Of a stretch of 64,000 nucleotides of DNA, positions 32,613 to 47,523 are shown in pieces. The translations under genes were made by a program, and so were the position numbers. This DNA is from the human T2T-CHM13v2.0 reference genome, Homo sapiens, in assembly GCF_009914755.1 (NCBI RefSeq), contig NC_060929.1; one strand, 5' to 3'. The notes below the pieces were generated by a model. That model was not told where the DNA came from. It worked only from the letters and a program-made list of their open reading frames with translations, and did no database searches. Position 1 is the stretch's first letter; each line of letters begins with the position of its first letter.

Positions 32613-33383
32613 CCTATTTTCTGGGGACAAATGTGAATGAAGTAATGACAATCTTGGGTATTTTCTTTCTTCTGCTATAGGTTGGATAGGTGTTGAGGGA
32701 ACTGTAATAGATGCTCTTGAGGTTGATGGAAACATATTAGGAGGTTTAAGTGGCAGGTATAGTAACGGAAGTCCAAAGGAATGGTGAGGAGATATCTCAA
32801 GGGTCCCTGGCTTAACATCAAATAGTTTTTCTGGTTTTATAAACACTGAAGAGTCCTGTTGAGGTGTCAAATTTTCTTGTCCAACATATTGATCCAAGTT
32901 CACATGATTAGGAATTTCTGTAATTACAGTTTCTGCCCACGTCTTCTGCTCAACTTCTTTTTTTCTGGCTTCAGTGTTATACTGGCTTACATTCAAATGG
33001 GATGCTGGAGTAGTTTGTGCTGCTCTCTGTGGCAGAGCAGGTTGGAAGGAGTCAGATAATCCCCAAGCCTCTCTTGGTTGTGGCAAAGGCCTGAAGGGAA
33101 CTTGTGGAATACTTCCTGTATGTAAGAAAAGGGGCTGGAATTCTTGTTTAGACTTAAATTGAAGCAAAGGAAAGCCATCACCAGGACTAAATGTTTTTGC
33201 ATGTGGGATAAGTCTAGGTGCCTTCTGAACAACAGAAGGTGTGGACAAAAGGTAGAGGTGAGTATTTCCAGCAGGAGCTGGATAAAACGAAGTGGATGGT
33301 AAGTTTTGAGATGATGGAATTGGTCCTTTTTTCCGGGGCTGGCCATTTAATTGACATAAAGGAATACTCCCATGTGGAACATT
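32613..33383 (-). CDS. CPLANE1: CPLANE1 large Pro-rich exon (771 nt, phase 0-0): NVPHGSIPLCQ...HLSPENR
   Basis: ctcttccAG acceptor, AGG|GTAATG donor; matches 249-aa ORF. Confidence 0.95.
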
Positions 33384-33554
33384 CTGGAAGAGAAAAAAGA
33401 TATTATGTAAGTTTAGAATATATTAGAAATTCCTTCCTTTGTAAATGGCATTCAGTATGTTTTGCAGTGGGTAGAATGTAGTAACTGCTAAAAAAAAAAA
33501 TTATTTATTCAATAAAAAACACGATGACTATTGAACTACTCAGGACATTATTAT

Positions 33555-33835
33555 TTTTTTTTTTCTGAGACAGAGTCTTGCTCTGTCACCCAGGCTGGAG
33601 TACAGTGACATGATCTCGGCTCACTGCAACCTCCACCTCCTGAGTTCAAGCGATTCTCCTGCCTCAGCCTCCTGAGTAGCTGGGATTACAGGCATGCGCC
33701 ACCACACCCGGCTGACTTTTGTATTTTTAGTAGAGACGGGGTTTCACGATGTTGGCCAGGCTGGTCTCGAACTCCCAACCTCAGGTGTGGCCTGCCAAAG
33801 TGCTGGGATTACAGACATGAGCCACCGCGCCCAGC
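33555..33835 (-). mobile_element. AluS filling most of a 479-nt intron
   Basis: Antisense dimer with small internal deletion. Confidence 0.9.
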
Positions 33836-33862
33836 CATTAATGGTATTTTTACATACATTAC

Positions 33863-34153
33863 CTGTACGTTTCCAGTACTATTTTGACCAGATGGGATAG
33901 TTCCTTCATGGCAGTGTGGGCTGTTCTTGCGAGGCTCTCTGGCGTTCTCTCCCATTGACTGTGGTTTAATAAAAAATCTCTCCTTAAGATTTTTGTTGCT
34001 GTCTTCAACATCACCACATCCTCTTAGGTTTGATTCTTGGCTTTCCCCTAAATGCACAGACTGAGACTGCTGTACAAGTTGTTGTGTATCTGGGAGATTA
34101 GCAAAGGATGATCCTACTATTTGCATTAGGCTCATGAAGTTGATCTGTTGCAG
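33863..34153 (-). CDS. CPLANE1: CPLANE1 exon (291 nt, phase 0-0): [14 protein letters not shown]...STGNVQ
   Basis: tttattcaAG acceptor, CAG|GTAATG donor. Confidence 0.94.
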
Positions 34154-34477
34154 CTTGAATAAAACAAAAATTGAAGCGATATCTTAAAATATAACAAAAA
34201 GAATCTAAGGAATAACAATAATCATCTGAGTATTCTACAATAGTCACACGTTTGTCTTAATATCTATGAGAATCATGAATGCTGAGCAGGAGGCAGTCAG
34301 GGAAATTTTTTTTTTTTTTAAAGGGAGAGGAAAAAAATGATAACTTCCTGTCAACCAGGCATATGAATACTCACTTGCGAATGAAACTTGGAACTATTTG
34401 TAAACAGTTTACAGTATTCAGTTTCCATAAACATCCCAGGGATCAAAGGAGTGGGATAAAGACAGATTCTCAGAATA

Positions 34478-34770
<293 letters not shown>

Positions 34771-34889
34771 GACAGATTCCCAGAATAAGTATATTTTGGA
34801 CAGTTTTCAGCAATGAGCAGAAAGCAGTACACAGGTGAAGAGCAAGGAATTCCCTTGGAAACGCTGACTAGGTGAAAGTAGTCAGACAC

Positions 34890-35302
34890 CAGTTGTCCCC
34901 AAACTTTGCTGCACATTACAATCACCTGAGAAGTATTTATAAGTCCCGATGACCAGGTCACTCCCTATCAATAATCGCAATGTCTGAGGATAGGAACCAG
35001 CATCTGTATTCATTAAGATGACCAGGTTATTTAAATGTCCAGAAAAGCTTGGGAAGCACTAGCATAGACATTGGCTTAGCTGGAACAAGAGATTTACAGC
35101 AGGCATAATGAAAAGATAGGCTAGTACAGAAGTTCACAAACTTCGGCATGCATCAGAATTACCTGGAGGACTTGAACGACTGCTGATCCCTATCCCAAGT
35201 TTCTGATTCAACAGGTCTAGGATAGGGATCTGAGAATTTGTATTTCCAAAGTCTAAGTGATGCTGATACTACTCGTCCAGGCATCATACTTTGAGAACCA
35301 CT
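34890..35302. mobile_element. Two MER5-family elements
   Basis: atcagaattacctggagga..tttctgattcaacaggtct..tttgagaaccact. Confidence 0.65.
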
Positions 35303-35565
35303 AGACTTGTGAAAGTAAGGCAGGAAAGGAGGGAAGGTAAAGACTTCAAAGTGAAGTTTTTGAAGGCCAACAGAAGAATTTGCATTTGATAGAACAAACC
35401 AATAGGGAAATAGTGCAGGTTTTAAAAAATGTAGTTTTCTTTTAATTATAAAGTAAATACACACAGGAAAAAACAGAAATTTTAAAAATAAAATAAATAT
35501 CATTCATAATCCTACCCTCAAAAATAATGAGCATTGACATTTTAGTATATTTCCTTTCTCTAGCT

Positions 35566-35568
<3 letters not shown>

Positions 35569-35619
<51 letters not shown>

Positions 35620-35925
35620 TCTATCTAAAAGACAAGGTCTCACCCTGCTACCCAGGCTGGAGTGCAGTGGACTGATCATAGACCACTGTAACTTCAAATT
35701 CCTGGGCTCAAAGCATCCTCCAACCTCAGCCTGCCGAGTAGCTGAGACTATAGGCATGTGCTACCATGCCTGGATAATGGTTTGCTTTTTGAGTTTTTGT
35801 TTGTTTGTTTGTTTTTGTAGAGATGAGGTCTTGCTATGTTGTCCAGGCTGGTCTCAAACTCCTGGCCTCAAGCAATCCTCCTACCTCAGCCACCCAAAGC
35901 ACTAGGATTACAGGTATGAGCCACC
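35569..35925 (-). repeat. (CT)n(ATCT)n microsatellite at the tail of an antisense AluJ
   Basis: About 20 CT units followed by ATCT units, then Alu body. Confidence 0.88.
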
Positions 35926-36527
35926 TCTTATAAAATTTAAAAATATAAAGAGGCTGGCTTCTTTCTATTTTTAAAACAAGATTGATATCATATATTATAC
36001 AAATTTGTTCCTGAAATTTACTGAAGATTTTTAAACAGGTGACTAATATTATTAAAATAATACCTGAAGAAAGTGTCCTAGAATATAGAAGACAATGGAA
36101 GAACAAAACTAAGAATCTAAGGTTAGCCACTGCTATAGAAATAGCAAGTGGCTATTACCGACATATAGTATGGGCAAAAAATTCAAGAGGGCATAGTAAA
36201 ACACTGGGTAGGGGTTGTGAAAGAAGGCAAAGATGACTTTTGAAGATAGTGATTCTTAATCTTTTGTGTGCATCAGAATTATCTGGATAATGTGTTAAAT
36301 ATATAGGACAGTGACCAGTGAAGTCCCCAAGTAATCCATCTAACAGTTTGAGAGATGTCTCTAAAACATTAAGATGGTAGAATCAGTGGTGCTACTAAAC
36401 AGAAAAAGGAAAGAAGGGACTAGGGAGAATAAGAATAAAATTAGTTTCAGTAAGTTTCATGGGACAGGGGGACATGCTGAACAACTATTCTCATCAAGGC
36501 CCCTAAGTTCAAAGAGAAAATTAGTGC

Positions 36528-36828
36528 AGCTGGGCACAGCGGCTCACGCCTGTAATCCTAGCACTTTGGGAGGCCAAGGCAGGCAGATCACCTGAGGTCA
36601 GGAGTTCGAGACCAGCCTGGCCAACATGGCGAAACTCCATCTTTACTAAAAATATAAAAATTAGCCAGGCAAGGTGGTACATGCCTATAATCCCAGCTAC
36701 TCAGGAGGCTGAGGCAGAAGACGCTTGAACCTGGGAGGCAGAGGTTGCAGTGAGCCGAGATCGCGCCACTGCACTCCAGCCTGGGCAACAGAGTGAGACT
36801 CCGTCTCAAAAAATAAAAATATAAAAAA
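36528..36828 (+). mobile_element. AluSx within L2 remnants
   Basis: TSD agaaaattagtgc. Confidence 0.9.
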
Positions 36829-37306
36829 AATTTTTAAAAAGAAAATTAGTGCCGAGAATCATCAATATGGAAATGGTATATATTACATCACATAAAAGGA
36901 TATGGAAGTGAATGTAGGACAAATGAGCAGAGGTTTAGATCTGAAGGAAACTAATGTTTCTAAAAAGGTAAATAATTAACCATTGTTGGTAAACAGAAAA
37001 AAAGGATAGCCAGGTATGATGAAAGTCAAAGTGAACAGTAATTTGAAATGCAGCTGAGAGTTTCAACTCAAGCACAAGAAATATGGATAAGAAATATGTG
37101 ATAGTGTCAGCTGGAAAATAAACCTTGGATACTTTTGAGTAGGAGCCCACTAATCTGGTTTGATTACTCCCCACCTCACTTTTGTGAGCAGCTGCATCCC
37201 AAAGAGCTCAGTAAAAATAGGTCATTGTGAGAAGTAGGTAGCTTAGCCTAGACCTCTGGGCCCTAGAGGTCTTTTTTTTCCTAGTAGAATTTTTTTTTCC
37301 TAGTAG

Positions 37307-37441
<135 letters not shown>

Positions 37442-37578
37442 TGAATGAAAAGTACCCAAAGCAGAGAAATGCTTGTGATATAATTTTACCTTGTCAATTT
37501 CTGGAAATCTATTAATATTTTAAAACCCTACATGTACACTATGTGTAGATTTACTTACTTATATAGAGATGTGCTTAC

Positions 37579-37771
37579 CTGAACTAATTTAAACATTTCA
37601 TCTTGCAGCATCTGCCTAACGGACTCCGAACAATCTGGTAACTGAGCCGTGAATTCATTTCTCTGGGTCTTCTGAGGTGTTGGAGCAGGTGGTTGTGAAG
37701 CAACATTGACTCCATTTGATATCAGAAGTGGAACTGAGGAAGATTTTTCTTTATATGTAGAAATCTGTGCA
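37579..37771 (-). CDS. CPLANE1: CPLANE1 exon (193 nt, phase 2-0): (S)AQISTYKEKSSS...DEMFKLVQ
   Basis: tccacgcAG acceptor, CAG|GTAAGC donor. Confidence 0.94.
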
Positions 37772-38679
37772 CTGCGTGGAAAGCATTTAAATAAAAAACA
37801 TGCATTAAAATTGACAAAAAACAAATTGAATGTCTATGATCAGAATATTTTGATCCCACTTTTGTCTTCCAATTTAAAGGTTATTCTAGTAGTTTTCTAG
37901 AAATTTAAACCCTAAAGCCTTTCTCTCTAGTGCCCGTCAGCCCCCCAGACACATTCGTCATCAGCTCAATTTTCATCTTTATTAAGGGATTGTCTAGTCA
38001 GTGATGGGCTCCTTCATAGGGTGTTGCAAACCCAAGAGCTGACATATATTTTACTTGCCTGGTCCCTGTGGACATCTGAATTTGAGACCTGTGGAATCAT
38101 TCTGATTAGCTGTACAGACTTCACAATTTGTAATTTGGCTTAGAAATATGTTTTTGACTAAAATTAATGATCCAGCATAGAGTTAAGAAAACTACGGAAA
38201 AACTGGGTTTAAAAAACTTAATTCTAGGATCAGTAGAGAAAACTACTGTTTATCATCATTAAATGTGAAACAATAGTACTGTGAACATTTCATTTCCAAG
38301 CAAACCTCAGAGTTTAAATGTACCATAAACCCTAATAAAAAATGCTTATTTACAAATAAAAATTAAGGATCAAAGCAAGGTGTTTAGGTTTTTTTTTTAA
38401 AAAAACAAAATGACTGTTGGGGGATGACTCCTCAAACATAGCAGATACTCAAAGTTTTCTACATTTTATAAACTAAGCAAGGGAGCAGGCAGTTATCAGA
38501 TTCAAACAGATCACTGTTTCCAAAAAAGAAAAGAACATATTAAATTTCATATAGACTTATTTAGGTTTACACTCATTCCCATTTGGCAATAATATTTGCC
38601 TTTTATCGAGCATCTTAACACACCCAATAAAAAAACTTTATTTGGCAAATTCACAAAAAATAGGCATTACAACTGATCT

Positions 38680-39208
38680 ATCTTTTCCTTTTCTGCCAAA
38701 GTGAAAGCTTTGAGTGTTGCTCCTTGAGAATCATGTTTCTCACAGCTGCTGCCAGCCTCCACTGTCCCCAGCTTTCTTAGCTGGGTGACAAGGGAGTTAG
38801 TTGCCCAGTGACAGGGATCTGGAATCTAAAGAGTAAGCGGAGCCAAAGAAGGTTTAGGAGGCACCCTCTGGCGACTGGGTTCCTGAAGTGTGATGGAAGG
38901 GGGAATGGGTTTCAGGCTGACCCCTCTTCAGGCATTCCTAGTAAAGCCACAAGGGGCTCCAGGGCTGTAGAGGTCCCCTTGGGCACAGGGTGGGTGCATT
39001 CATGCTTGCACAAGTCACTGGCACTCAGGAAGGCCTTGGGACAGTAGGGGCAGGTATAGGGGTAAACTGAGCTGTAGGTACAGCTGGATGTGCACAGCCC
39101 AGGCCAGTCTCAGAAGCTCTTTAAACTGAGTGTAGCAAAAGGGCCGGATCTGGGTATGAGGACTCATGCAGACGCAACAACATTTTGTGAAGAAGGTCTC
39201 CTTGCACA
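38680..39208 (-). pseudogene. 5'-truncated processed pseudogene fragment of a C2H2 zinc-finger gene, best matching the ZNF668 C-terminus plus 3'UTR
   Basis: Translates to CKETF..(frameshifts)..[64 protein letters not shown]; GC-rich island, A-rich end, imperfect flanking repeats. Confidence 0.75.
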
Positions 39209-39732
39209 AACAGATCTGCCCATTTTAAAACAAGTTTATTGGGCTTTGCTTTCAACAGGTCTCAAGGAGATCGATTCTAACTATGAAAATTTTTTTCTGA
39301 GGTAAAGCTGTGCTATATTTTCCTATTTCGGCAAGATTTCTAAACACTAAGCACTCTGTTCAAAAGAACCGGATGAGTCTGTTCTGTGAGAGAATTAAAA
39401 GCATTTCAAACACTACAAGAAATCAGTTAGAAGCTGAAAATGAGCAACAACTTCATCTTTCAATAATATATCACTACTTTTTTTCAGAAAAGACTGTTCA
39501 ACATAGTTCCTGTGTAACTTTAAAATACAATCGCTAGTGGAAACTCAGTAATGAAAGATGTCAGATCTGTGTGCTTATGCTGCTCTTTCAATGTTTTATG
39601 TTGCTTTCATTTTTCTTAGTTTTTAGTCAAAATGTAGCAATTGTTTCAAAAATGGTACAGTCGGCATACTTTCACTCTGTGATTTGTAAAACACAACTAT
39701 TTTTAAATGGTATAGTAGGCAAAACTTCTTAC

Positions 39733-39810
39733 CTAGAAATTTCTGAACTCGTATCTACTTGCATTGATTGAGGAGTGGTATGCCCAGGATGTGAAAAGGC
39801 TTCGATCATA
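39733..39810 (-). CDS. CPLANE1: CPLANE1 exon (78 nt, phase 2-2): (G)MIEAFSHPGHTTP...SSEIS(S)
   Basis: attgatAG acceptor, TAG|GTAAGA donor. Confidence 0.92.
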   Translation of the reverse strand, partial: YDRSLFTSWAYHSSINASRYEFRNF

Positions 39811-40177
39811 CTATCAATAAAAATTAACAGGTGATTAGTAAGCAAGATATTCTTTGCATTATCTAAGGTATGAGTGATCTATGCTCAGCCATCTAAGAGT
39901 CTAAACATCCTCTAATCTTCTATAATGTTTAGCTCATAATTACAATCTGTTTACATTTGTCTCCATAGCAATTAGTAACAGATCTAAGCAAAAGCAAAAA
40001 AATATGTCTGGATGACTTAAAACACCACTTAAATACGGCTGACTGCTCAGCAATGAAAACAACAGAACCCAAAATGAGGGGACATGAGGTTAGTTAAGAC
40101 CCAAATTTCACCTATAGAAGAGGGAGACACTATGCTCAGAACCCTAGAGCCCATTGTCACATTTGAAACTGTAAAGA

Positions 40178-40881
<704 letters not shown>

Positions 40882-41444
40882 ATGTTGCCTTTCTGATCTA
40901 AGGGAATTCTAAAATTTAGAACTTCTAAAATTCTAAAGATTTAGAAATCATGTCCAAACTGCAACACATGAAAACTGCCTTCAGCTCTCCTTGAAGCAAT
41001 AAGCTAGCCGGCAGTGTATGTGTACATCATAGCCCTAATGAATAGTGTATAGTAATCATCACAACAGTGAAAGATTTTATACATACATAAAATAATTTAT
41101 AATCATTCTTTATTTGATTCAATAAAAATGGAATAAGTATGAAAAGTGGTTCCCTACTTAGCAGCTAAATAAGCTTTGGCCTATTTACAGCTTTATTTTG
41201 ATAAGGCTGATAGTGATGAGAGAACAAAAGGCATTTTAGATATCATTATTTATTTCACTCTATCAATACATAGAAGTATAACATTTACCAAAAATCATTT
41301 TACCATAACTATAAACTGAAGTTACAGTTTCACTAGAAACACAATACCACCCTAAATCATGTATTGTAAATTATGAAGGAAAAAAGCTGAAAGCTTCACT
41401 GAGGTAACCAGTGACAATCACTGTCATACTTTTTTCCCCCTTAC

Positions 41445-41524
41445 CCTTTTTGTTCAGTCGATTTTTCCTCCATAATTGTCTCCAGTGGTTCTTCCCTTTG
41501 ACACTGAACCTCTTCTGTGAACTC
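41445..41524 (-). CDS. CPLANE1: CPLANE1 exon (80 nt, phase 0-2): EFTEEVQCQREEP...STEQK(G)
   Basis: tttaacAG acceptor, AGG|GTAAGG donor. Confidence 0.92.
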
Positions 41525-41883
41525 CTGTTAAAATGAATAGTACCCAAAAAGAAAACAGGTAAAACAAATAGGTATTACTGTCTTGAGTATTTTGAGTCTC
41601 ATATTAGCCACTTAACCAGAGTAACAACAGTCTACAAGCAAGTGAGAAATCAAACAGTAAAATGTACTCCCAGTCCTGCTCTGACCTAATCTTTATACTG
41701 TGTGAATTGCCTCCACTCTGTCACACTGGGCTATTGAGCATGCTAAGTTACAAAGACAAGATTGTGTCAGTAGACTAACACACTGTAAATTATATACACC
41801 TAACACTATATGATTATTCATTTCCCTGTAAAAACAACTATAAAACCAGGAAAAATGAATCTTTTTTGAAAGAATTGTTACAA

Positions 41884-42885
<1,002 letters not shown>

Positions 42886-43184
42886 TACTTCCATACTTTT
42901 TAAATAAAGGACACATTTGCTACTCTTGATTAAATAAATTTGCTAAAGCAGTTTATGATGTGAAAACTTCATTGCCTGAAATTATTGGACAGGTTACTAC
43001 ACTGTACTAGAATTTCAGGGAAAGAAAAATGCCACACAGCATGGCTATATTCTACAACCCATGGTGCATTTTTAAGAGCTAGCCCTGCTTTGATATATTT
43101 AATAACAATGAATAAAAACATGTATAATTTAAACACTATACAAAATGAAAGAAGAATAATTATATCCACTATTTATTGACTTAC

Positions 43185-43267
43185 TTCTTCTAACTGCTGT
43201 GGTAAAGTCATCATGCAAATGGCAAGACTGGGACTTCTGAAACCTCCAACAGATTCTTCAATGTCTT
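43185..43267 (-). CDS. CPLANE1: CPLANE1 exon (83 nt, phase 1-0): (E)DIEESVGGFRSPS...PQQLEE
   Basis: atcgcTAG acceptor, GAA|GTAAGT donor. Confidence 0.92.
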
Positions 43268-43840
43268 CTAGCGATAAGTGAAGATGAAGAGAAAACTGAT
43301 CATTTAAAAAATAAGCTATTGACTTTTTAGGGGGCTCAGGGAATATTACCAGAAACAATATAATGACAGAAATATTTTCTATCCTTTTTATAAAGACAGT
43401 CTTTGAAAACACCTGGAGTCTATTCCATCTTCATCAGGTAAATCCCAGATGAGCCTTGAGAGGCCTTATTATTCAGTATGTTTAACTCCACGTAGTGCTC
43501 TGAGAGTTTCTGTCTTAAGGAAGACTGCTGGGGAGAGGTTTATAGAGTTGCTTCACAGAAATTAACAGACCATAATTATTATATAAGCAGCACAAGACGC
43601 CCAATAATGGTAAAAGAGCACCAACATAAAAATACCTTAGATCTTCTTGGTTTTATTAAAACCAAAATTAGAGTTAATATGCTCAATATTTCATAAATAT
43701 TTAATTCTCTTAATTTTTTATTTTAGGCTACTGTAAACATACTAACTTAGGTATAAGACTAAATAAGTTACCTCAGATAATATTATTTACCAATTTCAAA
43801 TTAATAAAGCCAAAAAAATAGATTATCTAAATGAACTGAC

Positions 43841-44007
43841 CTTCATAGTCTGATATGTGCATATCCATTTCCTCTTCTGTAAATGCTTCTACTTCTAAAA
43901 GATTCTCATCAATATCTATAAATTCTTTTTTAGTATTATGAGTGATGGAAATAATATCATCATTGATTTCTTTTATATCAGGATTTTTTGCTTCAGTTGG
44001 CATTCTA
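43841..44007 (-). CDS. CPLANE1: CPLANE1 exon (167 nt, phase 2-1): (N)RMPTEAKNPDIKE...HISDYE(E)
   Basis: tttttCAG|TAG tandem acceptor, AAG|GTCAGT donor. Confidence 0.93.
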
Positions 44008-44070
44008 CTGAAAAAAATGCAGCAACTAAAATTACAACTATTCTTGGAGATAAAGAGCTAATTCAGTTTT

Positions 44071-44142
44071 GGGTTTTTTTTTTGTTTTTTTTTTTAAGAT
44101 GGAGTCTCGCCCAGGCTGGAGTGCAATGGCGCAATCTCGGCT
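44071..44142 (-). mobile_element. Severely 5'-truncated Alu
   Basis: About 45-nt Alu 3' end plus tail, flanked by taattcagtttt. Confidence 0.8.
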
Positions 44143-44680
44143 TAATTCAGTTTTTTAAAAGCAAAGAACAAACTTTGGTTTCATATTTATAAAATCTTTC
44201 TTTAAAAAATTCTGATACACAGAAGCTCAGGTAAAGATTGTTCAGTAAATAACTAAACATCATAGTTTTTATTTACTCGAATGATTGGAATAATTTCAAC
44301 TAAAATTATCATTCTCACAAAGGACTCTTCATGCTATAATGGGTTTTGCCTTGGTATTCAAAGCTATGTTACTCCTAGCATTGCTTCATATATAAAAATG
44401 GATGAAAGGATTAGTTCAACTTCTGATATGGGAAATAAATTGATAAAGGAATCCCTCAGGATGAATTAATTGCTCTCTCAGAAGATATAAGCTAGACCAA
44501 GAGGGAAGAAATACAATTTGCAATGAATTGTTAAAGCACCTCAGAAAGCTCACTGCCTGCTCCTCTACTTCAAAAAATGCTCATTCCTTTAACTTTCAAG
44601 GGTTTGATCTTCCCTTTAAGCCCAAATGCCATCAAACTACATGTCTTATATTGAAAAGAAGAGTATAATCGGCAACTTAC

Positions 44681-44829
44681 TTCAAGATATTTTGACAAGA
44701 TTTATTCTGACCATTTCTTTCCTCAGTTCCACCTGGAGTTGCTACTGCAACTGAACCGCCAGCATCTGATTTGCTCTCCCTCTCAATATTGGGTCCAATC
44801 TGACACCCAGTGTCACGATTCTCTACCAT
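44681..44829 (-). CDS. CPLANE1: CPLANE1 exon (149 nt, phase 0-2): MVENRDTGCQIGP...SCQNIL(N)
   Basis: gctttAG acceptor, GAA|GTAAGT donor. Confidence 0.93.
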
Positions 44830-45356
44830 CTAAAGCAAACCATTTAAAGTATTTAGTATTTATTGAACCCTTTATTTTTCACCATATTTTAAAATTATTC
44901 ATTCTTTCTACAGGAATTCTGAATAATCCTCTTATTCATTTATCAAATATTTACTGCATTTCTACAACTCAATATTTGTTGCTGAAGCAATGATCAAGTC
45001 TTTATTCTAACTGGAAAAAGCAAATCTGACTACCTAAATAGTATTCAAAAGAAATCAGCCTTACAAATTTGTAAGGCATATTGTCATTGTTTTCAGGCCA
45101 CAAAACAATGGCAAAAAAATTATAATATCCTCATTTCATTCCCTTTGCTATATCATAAAGACATTCAGTAGTTATTTCAAAATGACATAGTAGACAAAAA
45201 TACATGCAGCTAAAAACACAAGGTACATCCTTTTTGTCTCACTTAAAATTTCCATATACATTACCTAGAAATACACATTTCAAGGATGACTAATATCACA
45301 GTATCATATAAACTGTATACCTTATGATAACAGAAACCAATCTCAAGGGAAAAAAA

Positions 45357-46032
<676 letters not shown>

Positions 46033-46583
46033 TCACATCCTTCAGCCTAGAATAAACTACTTCAGAATAAAAGCACTTGCCATTGACTAGGGAAGAAAGA
46101 ATAGTTAATTAAACACTAACTCCTCTACTGACTCCCCCATCTGCCTTTCTGTGTTTGGTTCTCCAACCTCTTCTGGCCTGAGAGTATAAGAAAAACTATC
46201 CCCTAACGGACTTGATGAGACATCAGTAATTAAAACTACAGAGCCACCTAGTCCTCCTTCATCTGAACCAAAACCTGAAACTGAAAGGAGAAATAATATA
46301 CGTGTAATACCACTTGTAATATCACTTAAAATTATCTCCTTCCTTTTTTTCTTTTTTATAAATACACATAAAACTTCAAAACCTCACAGCCTCTCTGAAA
46401 GCACTTTATTGTTAAGAATTAAAGGAACCACTGGAAGAAAAAAATAGGAGATACTGATTATAATCAACATTGTCATTAATTTTCTATTATTTAATGATTC
46501 TTTAAAAGATGGGAAATGTAAACATAGTTTTAATCTAAAATGAGAATTCTCATTTGTAAGTAATAAACAATTGATATGCTTAC

Positions 46584-47523
46584 CTTAATAATGGCATTTT
46601 TTGCCTTATATGTAGCAAAATAGGGTTGTTCCAAAAGCCATAATGATGTAAGAATGGCAGCTGTAGAGGTCTTTACACGAATTACTGGACTGTACTCAGA
46701 GGATGACTCAGTTATACCAGAATCACAGAGTAGCCTTCTATTAGACCACCTTATCATCCATTCCAGCAGTCTTCCTATACTGCCAAAAGTGTTTAGTGCT
46801 AAAGGAAGATCTTCTTGAGGGTTAATATCATTGCACTGAATAGCTTTGAAAATACATCTTCTAGTTTTAATGGACTTGGGAGTCCAAAAAATGTGGTTTG
46901 ATGATCTCTGGATTAGACATTTCTCTCTAGTGTCATCTTGTATTTTGTAAATTGACCTTTGTTTTAAACCAAATAATCCACTCATTCCTTCATTCTTATT
47001 GACTTCATTCGAAGGATATTGTAAAAAAGGTTTGATCCCTTGATTAACCAGTACTGATGATGAAAGTTTCTGGTTTTCTAAATGCATGCCATATTCATCA
47101 TTTAAAGAGGATGATTTTTCTGATTCATAGGACTCAGGAGCAACAACAAAGCAAGAACCAGCTCTAAACACATTCTGGCTTTTAGTTTTGCTCTGATGTC
47201 GTTTTAATGTTGTATGTACATCAAAAAGTAAAGAATTAAGTTCATGTTCTCTAAGCTTTCCAGAAAAACTAGTTAGAAATGGAATGTCAGCATCCCTGGA
47301 ATAAGGTAGGTCTCTTTCAAGAATGTAACTCAAAAACAGATCAAGGAATTTAATATATTCATCATCATCACGTTCAAATTCCCAAACACCTATTACAGGA
47401 AGTGTATTTTGTGATAACTTTTCATGATCTTCTTTCTTTGTAGGATTTTCTTTCTGATTACACATTTTCCTTTTATCAGTTGGCTTATGAATTGATGTTA
47501 ATTCCATGTGATTTGGGGCATTT
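46584..47523 (-). CDS. CPLANE1: CPLANE1 large exon (940 nt, phase 2-0): (R)NAPNHMELTSIHK...AKNAIIK; Arg1602 CGA at 47199-47201
   Basis: gctatAG acceptor, AAG|GTAAGC donor; matches 325-aa ORF. Confidence 0.97.

Noticed and set aside
32859-33481. Plus-strand and alternate-frame ORFs overlapping the 771-nt exon
   Set aside because: Shadow ORFs of a real coding exon; no independent splice or start support.
40905-40948. Clustered ttctaaa/tttagaa palindromic units
   Set aside because: Too short and degenerate; likely slippage or a small DNA-transposon remnant.
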